A DNA stretch of 36,386 nucleotides from a bacterium (GCA_024692925.1 JAILLX010000106.1:1-36386); one strand, 5' to 3'. Positions 15,273-23,738 are shown, counted from the first letter of the stretch. Made by a program: numbers and translations. Notes: generated by a model from the letters alone, not told the origin.

Positions 15273-16003
15273 TGAAAAAAACAATTTTAATAATTCGTTC
15301 AACAATCTATTTCATTTTATTTATGATTACTGCAATAATATTTTGCATATCAGCAGTATTCACATCTGTTTTACCATCAGCAGTCACATTTACAACTGCA
15401 CGCATTTGGTGCCGAAGTGTAATGTTCCTTTTAAGGGTATGTTGCGGATTAAAGTACAAGGTCACCGGACTTGAAAATATCCCTGCTGGGAAAACAGTAA
15501 TTTTTGCATCAAAGCATCAATCTGCATGGGAAACATTTGCATATCAAATATTTTTAAGACCATGCGTTTTTATGTATAAAAGGGAACTTGCATTCATCCC
15601 ACTTTTTGGAATTGCAATGATAAAAACAAAAAACATTCCTGTAAATCGTGGCCATGGAAACAAGGAAATGATAAAAAGTTTGCGTGCAAGTTTTGCAAAA
15701 CGTCTTAAAAAATACAGTGTCATTATTTTCCCAGAAGGAACACGTACAAAACCTGGTGCTGAACCAAACTATAAATCTGGATTAAGCATAATCATCCAAG
15801 CATTAAAAGGTGTTGAAGTTGTACCTGTTGCAATGAATTCTGGTGTATATTGGCCAAAACATGGTTTCATAAAATATCCTGGAACAATCGAAGTTCACAT
15901 TCTTCCACCGATAAAGGCATCCGAACTTTCGCGTGATGAGTTCCAAACACAACTTATTAATGCGATAGAAGATGAACAAAAGAAACTTCCATTAAAACCA
16001 TAA
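15272..16003 (+). CDS. plsC: 1-acyl-sn-glycerol-3-phosphate acyltransferase
   Basis: Acyltransferase motifs SKHQSAWE (Hx4[DE]) and FPEGTR. Its start overlaps the upstream stop (TAATG). Confidence 0.88.
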   Translation: MKKTILIIRSTIYFILFMITAIIFCISAVFTSVLPSAVTFTTARIWCRSVMFLLRVCCGLKYKVTGLENIPAGKTVIFASKHQSAWETFAYQIFLRPCVFMYKRELAFIPLFGIAMIKTKNIPVNRGHGNKEMIKSLRASFAKRLKKYSVIIFPEGTRTKPGAEPNYKSGLSIIIQALKGVEVVPVAMNSGVYWPKHGFIKYPGTIEVHILPPIKASELSRDEFQTQLINAIEDEQKKLPLKP

Positions 16004-17509
16004 TCAGTAGTACCAATATCCTGATCCACACTTTATATACTCGCAACGCACATCCAATTCTGTTTTGAATGGAAGGAATGCGTTTGCATTCGTAGGATAA
16101 GTATTTCCAATAAGTTTATGTATATCAGCATATTCGTAATACAATCCACGCAACACAACAGAAAGTGGAGTTTTTTCACTAAGGTCGATACCACCAATTT
16201 TTTTAGTCTTCTCCAATAATTTTTTATTAACATCAATAACAATTATATCATTCAAATTAATAGCCGGAGCAGTACCACTCGAAGTAATATTGTAATTTAC
16301 ATTTTCCGCACCATCAATTTTTATATTACCAAACTTAAACACAACCGAACCCAAAGAACTTTTTTCACTATCAAAAGATTTTGTTGTTAAATTTGTTAAG
16401 GTCAAAACAGTATTCAAACCATCATTTAATTTTAACAAATTAGAAACAGCCAAAACAGATTGTGATGCAACATTCAAAGTTTCTGCGGTCACAGATCTTA
16501 ATTTATTACAACTATTCGTATACACATCCCCACTAAACAAACATTTTGTGACATCATTAGCATAAAGATTATTCACATTCAAATTTTTATTCAAAGACAA
16601 ACTGCGTAATCCAGAATCAGAAAAAGTCAAAGATGAAACAATCAACCCCAACGGAAAATTCAATGTATTAGATATAGTCATATCCTGATTGATTGATAAA
16701 CTACTGTTAGAAGAACCTCCCTCTGATGTTTCTCCCGGAGCAATTGTGATATTATCAAACGAAGAAGTTTTTTCAACACTGTTTCCACTTGCTAAATTCA
16801 CTGAACCAGTAAAATTAAAACTACCAACTTCCAACGAATTTGCAATATACAAATTATTGATACCATTTATATTTTTCATATTCATATATAAATCAGTTTC
16901 CATAGTTGCAGTTCCACCACCAGCCTTTCTTGAAATATATTTATATTCCTTTTTTGAAAACCCAGCCCTTACGACCAAAGAACTTGCATCAAAACCATCA
17001 CCCCACAAATTTTCAGCAACAGAAAATTGCCAACCCGGACCATAAACCATATTACTTTCTACATATCCGGCATACCCCTTGGCTTCCTTAACAATATCCC
17101 TTATCCTCATCGTAGGGATAGAAGGCTCCCCTGTTGCAAGGATTATCGCATCATAAACAGTATTGCCATTTCCATCTTTCGAAGTTTTAACTCTGATTTT
17201 ATATGTCTGACCAAGGACATTTTTCTCCTTAAAACTTTTTTCCAAACCACTATCGTATAACTCTGACAAAGAAACATTATTAATCGAAGATGATTTACCA
17301 TCCTGTATTTCAAATGTTGGATTACGTTTCAAATAATTTTCCAATGCAGTTTTAAGTTTTACCAAATCACGAACAACCATCTGGTTTCTTATTGCATCAG
17401 TCCTTTTTTTAACATTACTCTGAATAAATGGGAAAATAGCCACCATTATCGCCAACATAAAGATAACTTCTAACAAAATTCCACCACTGACATTTTTATT
17501 TTTATTCAT
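16004..17509 (-). CDS. Giant prepilin-like protein P3 (501 aa)
   Basis: N-terminus MNKNKNVSG|GILLEVIFMLAIMVAIFP: a short basic leader, Gly, Glu at +5, a hydrophobic helix and Pro at +18. The body is N/S/T/G-rich and looks beta-rich. C-terminal Cys pair CEYIKC. SD aaggaa. Confidence 0.7.
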   Translation of the reverse strand: MNKNKNVSGGILLEVIFMLAIMVAIFPFIQSNVKKRTDAIRNQMVVRDLVKLKTALENYLKRNPTFEIQDGKSSSINNVSLSELYDSGLEKSFKEKNVLGQTYKIRVKTSKDGNGNTVYDAIILATGEPSIPTMRIRDIVKEAKGYAGYVESNMVYGPGWQFSVAENLWGDGFDASSLVVRAGFSKKEYKYISRKAGGGTATMETDLYMNMKNINGINNLYIANSLEVGSFNFTGSVNLASGNSVEKTSSFDNITIAPGETSEGGSSNSSLSINQDMTISNTLNFPLGLIVSSLTFSDSGLRSLSLNKNLNVNNLYANDVTKCLFSGDVYTNSCNKLRSVTAETLNVASQSVLAVSNLLKLNDGLNTVLTLTNLTTKSFDSEKSSLGSVVFKFGNIKIDGAENVNYNITSSGTAPAINLNDIIVIDVNKKLLEKTKKIGGIDLSEKTPLSVVLRGLYYEYADIHKLIGNTYPTNANAFLPFKTELDVRCEYIKCGSGYWYY

Positions 17510-17541
17510 AAATTTTGTTCCTTTTCAAAAAAATAATCACC

Positions 17542-18957
17542 CTAATCACTTTGTTCAATTTTATTTTGATAACGATAAAGTTTTTTAGCAATAGAACCGG
17601 AATCACTTCCTGTTGTTCCAGCATCAAATTTATCCATAATACTCCAAATATTTCTAATCGAAGGATTTCCTGGAATACCATATAAATTTACATTCAAGGT
17701 CGTAGTTATTTTTCCATTTGCCAATTTTATATTTCCACTATTCGAAGAAGCATAATTATTATTAACGTTAATAACCTTTGCCCTTAGATTAGTAAGTTTT
17801 ACATTTGGAACTTCGACACGAAGTTTTGTTTGAACATTTGCACCAACAGTATCACTATCACTAAATGAATCTTCCAATCCATAAACATAAAGTCCACTAC
17901 CACCGGTCAAATTATTAAACTCCAACTCTTGCAAATCAAGTCTTCCACTCAAATCAGTCAAATTCGCAACTGTGATAATAGGTTTATACGCACCCACAGT
18001 ACCCAATAAATAAGCCGAAGTCGCACTGAAACTTGCTAATCTAAGCAATTCTCCAAAAATAATTTTTGGAACAAATACCTTTCCTTCATTTCCAAATTCC
18101 AACGACGAAGCGCCAGTATTTTCATTAAAAATAAGTGATGTGACATTCAAAAGTCCACCTATTATACCACTGTTTGCTTTAAACATACCAATTTTAAAAC
18201 TACGGCTACTATCAAAACTGGAAACAGTGCTAAGCACTTCCGCTTGCTTAACATTTTTCACATCGTGTTGTACACTAGCAGTTCCCATATTAAAATCACG
18301 ACCCATCACATTTAATTCTGAATCATCCCTATTTCTGTAAAGGTAAATAGACGAGTCATATTCATCTTCCAACAAACCATCATCAACACGCACAACCGCA
18401 ATTTTTGACCCACTCGGAGCAACAGATCCTCCAATAGTCGAATAATTTTCACCCCACTTACCATTTATTGCACAAACACAAGAATTTGTTGTACAACCTT
18501 CACACTTTTCACCATTCACAACATAACCAATATTATCTTCTACATAAAACAAAGTCTTATTAAATGCAATTGCATCCAATGGGAACGAAGTCATATCAAT
18601 TACACCATAAAGGACCATCGAATCATCTGCATTTTTTATATACTTCAAAGTAAGATGTTTTTTTATTTCTTCATCAATTGAGTCATCAAGTCCATAATTT
18701 GCCAATCCACCACCAGTCACGGCAATATTACCCGATCCAACCGGCCAATTATCCCTTTCTGATGAAGCATAAGCGGTTAAATTTTTTATAACTTGTTTTA
18801 TTTGTTTTGCAAGATTCAAATATCTTACATCTGCCAAATCCTTAAATGCAAACTGTATCACAACAGGAGTAAGCACAGCCATAATTCCCAAAACAAAAAT
18901 TACTTCCATAATAGAGGCACCCAAAACATCTTTGAATTTTTTTACTCTTTTATACAT
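17542..18957 (-). CDS. Giant prepilin-like protein P2 (471 aa)
   Basis: N-terminus MYKRVKKFKDVLG|ASIMEVIFVLGIMAVLTP (Glu +5, Pro +18). SD ggggg lies 6 nt upstream of ATG 18957. The alternative GTG at 18960 overlaps the P1 stop. Confidence 0.7.
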   Translation of the reverse strand: MYKRVKKFKDVLGASIMEVIFVLGIMAVLTPVVIQFAFKDLADVRYLNLAKQIKQVIKNLTAYASSERDNWPVGSGNIAVTGGGLANYGLDDSIDEEIKKHLTLKYIKNADDSMVLYGVIDMTSFPLDAIAFNKTLFYVEDNIGYVVNGEKCEGCTTNSCVCAINGKWGENYSTIGGSVAPSGSKIAVVRVDDGLLEDEYDSSIYLYRNRDDSELNVMGRDFNMGTASVQHDVKNVKQAEVLSTVSSFDSSRSFKIGMFKANSGIIGGLLNVTSLIFNENTGASSLEFGNEGKVFVPKIIFGELLRLASFSATSAYLLGTVGAYKPIITVANLTDLSGRLDLQELEFNNLTGGSGLYVYGLEDSFSDSDTVGANVQTKLRVEVPNVKLTNLRAKVINVNNNYASSNSGNIKLANGKITTTLNVNLYGIPGNPSIRNIWSIMDKFDAGTTGSDSGSIAKKLYRYQNKIEQSD

Positions 18958-18959
18958 CA

Positions 18960-20315
18960 CTAACCCCCATTAGTTGGCAAACCATATGTACCACCAGCAT
19001 TCAAATACAAAGTAATATAATTTTCCAATGTTGTATAATAATTTAAAATTCTATTAGAAAGGCAATCTGTTCCCTTACAAATATCACTTACTTCAGAAAC
19101 TCCTGCCAAATTCAAAATAATAGAATCCCCTTCGTTATAAGTTTTATTTCCATCAACTTCGGTATAGCTTCCTACATAAATATAACTATCTTCCAAATTA
19201 TTTGATAAATTTGACGGAGCATCCATAGTCACCGTAGAAACCGTATCCGCCTGACTTCCATCCTTTGAAACAAATGTATTTGAAACAATAGTATTGATAT
19301 TCGAAGCGATACCAGATGCATCACCATGTACATAATATCCTTTTGAATTGATTGTGGAAGTAGTAAGATCACTACCTTCAATAAAGATTTTATGCAAACG
19401 TAAATCCCCTTCGACAGTTAAATTATCAACCTGAATTTCACTATTCGTCCCAGTCATAGAAAATGGCAATTCTCCGGACAAAGAAGTAAATCCATCCGAG
19501 TTTTGATATGAAAAGCTACCTACATTACTTTTACCATTCAACACCAACGATGAAACAGACAAATCCGTTCCAATAATATTTGCCGCAGTAATTTCTTTTG
19601 CAAAAAAGTTATCCACATAATTCATATTATGACTATTCATATTCAAATCAACAATCATAGTATTTACCAATGACCCTCTTTCTACATCACCAGGCATAGG
19701 AGCCACATGCAAATAATCAGATGTAAAAAATGAATCAGTCACAAACATAAAAATCAATCCACCATTCGAAGGATTTACTTTAGTTTTAAGTGCATTAGTC
19801 AAAGCAGGTGATAAACTTAAATCACTAAGTATTGTTCCATCGGAATCCATAACCGCACCCTTATCAAACAAAAATTGCCCAATACCGTTAAGGGTCAATC
19901 TGTCAACACCACCACCATAGGCAAAAACAACCGCCTCCACACTTCCACCCGCAGACGAAACCGCGTTTTCAGCATTTTGCACAATTATCATACCATAGGT
20001 CTGACCAAAACCATTACTTGTTTTAGGAGCATCGGAACCCAAATAATCCAACAACAAATTTTTCAATGCACTACCTTCTGTGACACCAGTTTGAAGTCCC
20101 TTATCTTTTTCAAAAACTATATAAGACGAAGCCGCCTTTTGCCATTTTTCCAAATCATGCACAGCTTCTTCCCTTTGAACTTCCTCATTATACTTTTTTA
20201 TTTGGGAAAAAATCATAGGTGACATCATAACCATAAGCCCAAGCCCCAAAAGAACCTGAAACATAACGGCACCACCAATTGCTTTTTTAAAAGATTTTTT
20301 TGATAAAATTCTCAT
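18960..20315 (-). CDS. Giant prepilin-like protein P1 (451 aa)
   Basis: N-terminus MRILSKKSFKKAIGG|AVMFQVLLGLGLMVMMSP has the same register as P2 and P3, but with Gln at +5. C-terminal Cys pair CKGTDC. SD agaggga. Confidence 0.68.
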   Translation of the reverse strand: MRILSKKSFKKAIGGAVMFQVLLGLGLMVMMSPMIFSQIKKYNEEVQREEAVHDLEKWQKAASSYIVFEKDKGLQTGVTEGSALKNLLLDYLGSDAPKTSNGFGQTYGMIIVQNAENAVSSAGGSVEAVVFAYGGGVDRLTLNGIGQFLFDKGAVMDSDGTILSDLSLSPALTNALKTKVNPSNGGLIFMFVTDSFFTSDYLHVAPMPGDVERGSLVNTMIVDLNMNSHNMNYVDNFFAKEITAANIIGTDLSVSSLVLNGKSNVGSFSYQNSDGFTSLSGELPFSMTGTNSEIQVDNLTVEGDLRLHKIFIEGSDLTTSTINSKGYYVHGDASGIASNINTIVSNTFVSKDGSQADTVSTVTMDAPSNLSNNLEDSYIYVGSYTEVDGNKTYNEGDSIILNLAGVSEVSDICKGTDCLSNRILNYYTTLENYITLYLNAGGTYGLPTNGG

Positions 20316-20419
20316 TTTTCCCTCTTATATAAAATAATACACTAAAAACACAAAAAAGAAAAGTAGAAAATATGTTTTTTCTGGTGTATAATAACACCAA
20401 AATATTAATGGGGGCAAAA

Positions 20420-20962
20420 ATGGAAAACAAATTTCACAACATAAAAGTATATCAAGTAATAACTTTTCTATCTTTAATTACAATTGCCTGTCTGATTTGT
20501 TTTATTCCATTGCACCGTGCAAACAATATAAAACAGGCCCTTTATAAGGCTCGTTATAATCAAATAAAATACCTTAATGAACAAAGTCAAATTATTCCTC
20601 AAACTATAAATATTATAAAGGGACATATAATACATAATGAAAAGGCATTAAAGGATATTGTTTACATAAATATGCTTACAAAAATAAAAAGCAATAACAT
20701 AAAAGATATTTATGAAAATCAGGTAAAACTTTTTTCAATTACAAAAAATTTGATTGATAGTACAAATTCAAACTCTATGTTAAATAATAATGAAAATTTC
20801 AAAAATATAAAAACCAGATTCGAAGAAGTTTATTCCAATATGACAAAGGAGCTTAATCTTTGTAAAACAAGGACCAAGCACCTTCAAAAATATATGAAAC
20901 TCCCTATCTATAAAAATATCATAGATACAACGAACATAAATGAAATAATCTGTATTGATTAA
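20420..20962 (+). CDS. Divergent LemA family membrane protein
   Basis: ATG 20420 is preceded by ggggg. N-terminal TM. IIPQTINIIKGHIIHNEKAL resembles the LemA motif LIPNLVxTVKGYAxHEK. NENFKNIKTRFEE and LPIYKNII resemble the C-terminal LemA motifs. Confidence 0.6.
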   Translation: MENKFHNIKVYQVITFLSLITIACLICFIPLHRANNIKQALYKARYNQIKYLNEQSQIIPQTINIIKGHIIHNEKALKDIVYINMLTKIKSNNIKDIYENQVKLFSITKNLIDSTNSNSMLNNNENFKNIKTRFEEVYSNMTKELNLCKTRTKHLQKYMKLPIYKNIIDTTNINEIICID

Positions 20963-21384
20963 ATCATAGAAACGATGAAATCCAAAATTTTCTTACGTTT
21001 TTCTGGGTTTTGTAATTTCCAATATGAATTTACAAGTTCCAATGTTTCATTATCACGCATAGGATCAAATTCTATAACCTTCTCTGAAACATAACCAACG
21101 CTTGCTTCAAATTCATCGATTCCAGGAACTTCCTTTTCAAGTCCATCATAAAAGTATTGAATGTCAACTTGCAAAACCTTTGCAAGAATCAACAAACGAC
21201 TTGCACTAAGTTTTGTATTTCCACTTTCATACTTTTGGATTTGTTGAAAAGTCACACCTACCATAGAAGCAAGTTCATCTTGACTCATATGAAGCATAAT
21301 ACGGCGAAGTTTTAACCTTTTCCCGATATATACATCAATTAGTCCTGCATTCATTTCTTTCATTTCAAATTTTTTGTTTGCCAT
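20959..21384 (-). CDS. XRE-family helix-turn-helix transcriptional regulator
   Basis: LKLRRIMLHMSQDELASMVGVTFQQIQKYESGNTKLSASRLLILAKVL is a classic Cro/C1 HTH. A ~60-aa C-terminal extension follows. SD agaggtg. Confidence 0.85.
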   Translation of the reverse strand: MANKKFEMKEMNAGLIDVYIGKRLKLRRIMLHMSQDELASMVGVTFQQIQKYESGNTKLSASRLLILAKVLQVDIQYFYDGLEKEVPGIDEFEASVGYVSEKVIEFDPMRDNETLELVNSYWKLQNPEKRKKILDFIVSMI

Positions 21385-21412
21385 ATTACACCTCTTTGTA
21401 TTATTATTAATC

Positions 21413-21449
21413 GATTTCTAATTGATTTTTAAGAAATCTATCCTATAAT
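21413..21449. promoter_or_regulatory. Inverted repeat overlapping a -10-like box between the XRE gene and the HIT gene (candidate operator)
   Basis: gatttct (21413-21419) and agaaatc (21432-21438) are 7-bp arms 12 nt apart. tataat follows at 21444-21449. Confidence 0.3.
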
Positions 21450-21496
21450 ATAAATTGAAACGAAAAAAAAATCAACTAAAAAGAGAAAGAAAAAAA

Positions 21497-21853
21497 ATGA
21501 CATACGATAAAAACAATATTTTCAGCAAAATAATAAGGAAAGAAGCCCCTTCCACAACCGTTTTTGAAAACGAAAATGCTATGGTAATAAAAAATCTTTA
21601 TCCAAAAGCACCATGCCACTTACTTGTTTTACCAAAGGGTGAATACGAATCTTACACCCGATTCGGTCTACTTGCATCAGCACAGGAAAAATTGGATTTG
21701 ATTGAGGCAATAAATTTTGTAATTAAGGAATATAACCTTGATGAAAAGGGATACCGTCTTGTTGCAAATACTGGTGATTACGGTGGTCAATCAGTTCCAC
21801 ATTTTCACATCCACGTTTTGGGCGGGGAAAAACTTGCCGATTTTGGATTATAG
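21497..21853 (+). CDS. HIT-family (histidine triad) nucleotide-binding protein
   Basis: VPHFHIHVLGG histidine triad. IFSKII...VFENE N-terminal motif. The ATG at 21497 is preferred over the TTG at 21455. Confidence 0.88.
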   Translation: MTYDKNNIFSKIIRKEAPSTTVFENENAMVIKNLYPKAPCHLLVLPKGEYESYTRFGLLASAQEKLDLIEAINFVIKEYNLDEKGYRLVANTGDYGGQSVPHFHIHVLGGEKLADFGL

Positions 21854-21854
21854 T

Positions 21855-22391
21855 TTAAATAAATTTCTTTTTTCGTAAAAGTATGTAAAATGCGCCATCA
21901 CCTCCATCCGAGATATTGGCGTAATTTACATACAAAATTTTATCTTTTACATTTTCATCATTAAGCCAAGCCGGTAAATTTTTTCTTATCACACCGGTAT
22001 TTTTTTCAGGATTTCCCTTTCCCGTCACAATAAGCAAATTTCGATTCTCACATTCATAATTTTTATTTATAAAAGAAATAAATGTTGCAAAAGCACGCTC
22101 TAATGTTTTTCCATGTAAATCCAACTTTGCGTCAAAGGAAAAATTTCCACGTCTAATATTTTTAATAGTCGCCTTATCCACACGTGATTCATCACCAACA
22201 TATAAATCAGATTCTATAATATTCCTATGTTTCAAAATTTTTATATCTTCCAATGAAATAAATGAAACATCAATATCATTAGTACGATTCTTTTTTTGTG
22301 GAACAGGTTTTATTTCACGACCAAACTCAGCCCTCTTTTTTTTAAGTGGGACAACAGTATCAATAATTTCCTTCCACAAATTTTTACTCAT
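21855..22391 (-). CDS. Smr domain protein
   Basis: LDLHGKTLERAF...LLIVTGKG is the Smr/MutS2 C-terminal domain signature. 178 aa. Confidence 0.85.
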   Translation of the reverse strand: MSKNLWKEIIDTVVPLKKKRAEFGREIKPVPQKKNRTNDIDVSFISLEDIKILKHRNIIESDLYVGDESRVDKATIKNIRRGNFSFDAKLDLHGKTLERAFATFISFINKNYECENRNLLIVTGKGNPEKNTGVIRKNLPAWLNDENVKDKILYVNYANISDGGDGAFYILLRKKKFI

Positions 22392-22414
22392 AAAATTTTT
22401 TCCTTAAAATAAAC

Positions 22415-22441
22415 GGGAGGAAAAAAGTTTTTCTTCCTCCC
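22415..22441 (-). terminator. Hairpin terminator following tRNA-Thr
   Basis: gggaggaa (22415-22422) pairs with ttcctccc (22434-22441). On the minus strand a T-rich tract follows. It sits 9 nt after the tRNA 3' end. Confidence 0.55.
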
Positions 22442-22450
22442 TTAAAATCT

Positions 22451-22526
22451 TGGTGCCATCTGCGGGATTCAAACCCACGACTTCCAAATTACGAATTTGG
22501 CACTCTATCACCTGAGTTAAGATGGC
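22451..22526 (-). tRNA. tRNA-Thr (anticodon CGU)
   Basis: Minus-strand sequence GCCATCTTAACTCAGGTGATAGAGTGCCAAATTCGTAATTTGGAAGTCGTGGGTTTGAATCCCGCAGATGGCACCA. Acceptor 7 bp; D stem ACTC/GAGT; anticodon stem CCAAA/TTTGG with loop TTCGTAA; T stem GTGGG/CCCGC; CCA is encoded. Confidence 0.93.
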
Positions 22527-22528
22527 AA

Positions 22529-22972
22529 TTAGTCAAGTGCAGTTTTTGGTTTTGCACCATCAATATTTTTAAGTGTACCTTTTAAAACACCACCTTTTTC
22601 AACAACCAAATTTGCATAATTTATTTTACCCTTTATAACACCAGTTTCATAAACATAAAGGATTCCTGTCACAGTAAGTTCACCATCAAAAAAGCCACTG
22701 ATATGAGCTTCTTCAACTTCGGCATTACCGGTAAAACTTCCGCCATAAACAATATCCAAATATTTTGCACCGCTAAGGTTTGCTTCCAATGTACCTTCAA
22801 CAACCAAACTTTCACAAACATCAATTGCACCAGAAAGTTTTATATTCTTACCAACAATAAGTTGTTTTCCATCTGCTTTTGGCATAACAGTATGTCCCTT
22901 TGAAATACCACCAGTATATGATGATTTTGTTTTAGTTAAGTTATCAAGAAGTTCCTTTTTATTTATTTCCAT
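22529..22972 (-). CDS. Bactofilin (polymer-forming cytoskeletal protein, DUF583)
   Basis: 147 aa with a beta-helical repeat pattern: IKLSGAIDVCESLVVEGTLEANLSGAKYLDIVYGGSFTGNAEVEEAHISGFFDGELTV...VIKGKINYANLVVEKGGVLKG. Confidence 0.87.
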   Translation of the reverse strand: MEINKKELLDNLTKTKSSYTGGISKGHTVMPKADGKQLIVGKNIKLSGAIDVCESLVVEGTLEANLSGAKYLDIVYGGSFTGNAEVEEAHISGFFDGELTVTGILYVYETGVIKGKINYANLVVEKGGVLKGTLKNIDGAKPKTALD

Positions 22973-23146
22973 TTTTATCTCCTAAAAATTTTTCTTTTAA
23001 AAATACTATACCCAAAAAATTTTACAAAAGCAATTAAACAATAAAAAAAGTTTAAAAATATTTAAAAAAACTCTAGATTTTCAAAATTTATATGCTAATA
23101 TGACCCTGTGAGATAGAAATTTAACTTAAATAAGGAGAGGTAAAAA

Positions 23147-23668
23147 ATGACATCTAAACACGATTATATTCAAGAAGCTGCATACTTCATTTGGCTTAAC
23201 CGCGGTAAACCAGAAGGTCAAGATTTGGAAATCTGGGACGAAGCAACAAAAATCTATGAACTTACACAAGAAGTTTTAAAACCTATTGAAAAAAAGGCAT
23301 CAAAAACTCCTGCTAAAAAAACAGTAAAAAAGGTTGCAAAAAAAGCTCCTGCCAAAAAGGCTGTTAAAGTTGTAAAAGCAGTTGCACCAAAGGTTGCACC
23401 TAAAGCAAAAGCTGTTGCTCCTAAAAAAGTTGCAGTGAAGAAAGTTGCTGTTAAAAAGGCTCCTGCAAAAAAAGTAGTTGCTAAAAAAACTGCTCCTAAA
23501 AAATCTATAAAAGTAGCAGTAAAACCCGTAGCAAAAAAAGTTGCAAAACCAACTGCTAAACCAGTTGCTGTTGCAAAAATTATACCTATGGTAAAAAAGG
23601 AAGCTCCTGCTAAAAAAGCACCTGCTCCTAAAACAAAAATTAAAATCGTTGTTGGAAGAAAAAAATAA
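23147..23668 (+). CDS. DUF2934 domain protein with long histone H1-like Lys/Ala/Pro/Val-rich tail
   Basis: The N-terminus IQEAAYFIWLNRGKPEGQDLEIWDEA matches the DUF2934 pattern (AY.lWe..G.P.G.d...W..A). About 120 aa of AKK / PKK / VKK repeats follow. Strong SD aaggagagg. Confidence 0.8.
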   Translation: MTSKHDYIQEAAYFIWLNRGKPEGQDLEIWDEATKIYELTQEVLKPIEKKASKTPAKKTVKKVAKKAPAKKAVKVVKAVAPKVAPKAKAVAPKKVAVKKVAVKKAPAKKVVAKKTAPKKSIKVAVKPVAKKVAKPTAKPVAVAKIIPMVKKEAPAKKAPAPKTKIKIVVGRKK

Positions 23669-23702
23669 TTTTCCAACCGCTTACTTTATTTATGGTTAAA
23701 TG

Positions 23703-23738
23703 AAAAATACAGGTTTGAAAAAATCTGTATTTTTTTTA
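23703..23738 (+). terminator. Rho-independent terminator
   Basis: aaaaatacag (23703-23712) pairs with ctgtattttt (23725-23734), and the T-run continues. Confidence 0.5.

Noticed and set aside
16689-17260. Plus-strand ORFs inside the pilin-like genes (16689-17045, 16906-17091, 17027-17260, 18140-18340, 19875-20222)
   Set aside because: They are antisense to long SD-preceded ORFs with paralogous N-termini. They overlap one another in different frames and lack an SD.
20275-20315. A6-A7 homopolymer runs in the first codons of P1 (also in P2 and in the 752-aa gene at ~23893-23910) as slipped-strand phase-variation switches
   Set aside because: Runs of 6-7 A are common throughout this AT-rich window, for example A8-A9 upstream of the HIT gene. 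They encode the Lys-rich leaders expected of signal peptides. They are too short to argue for phase variation without population data.
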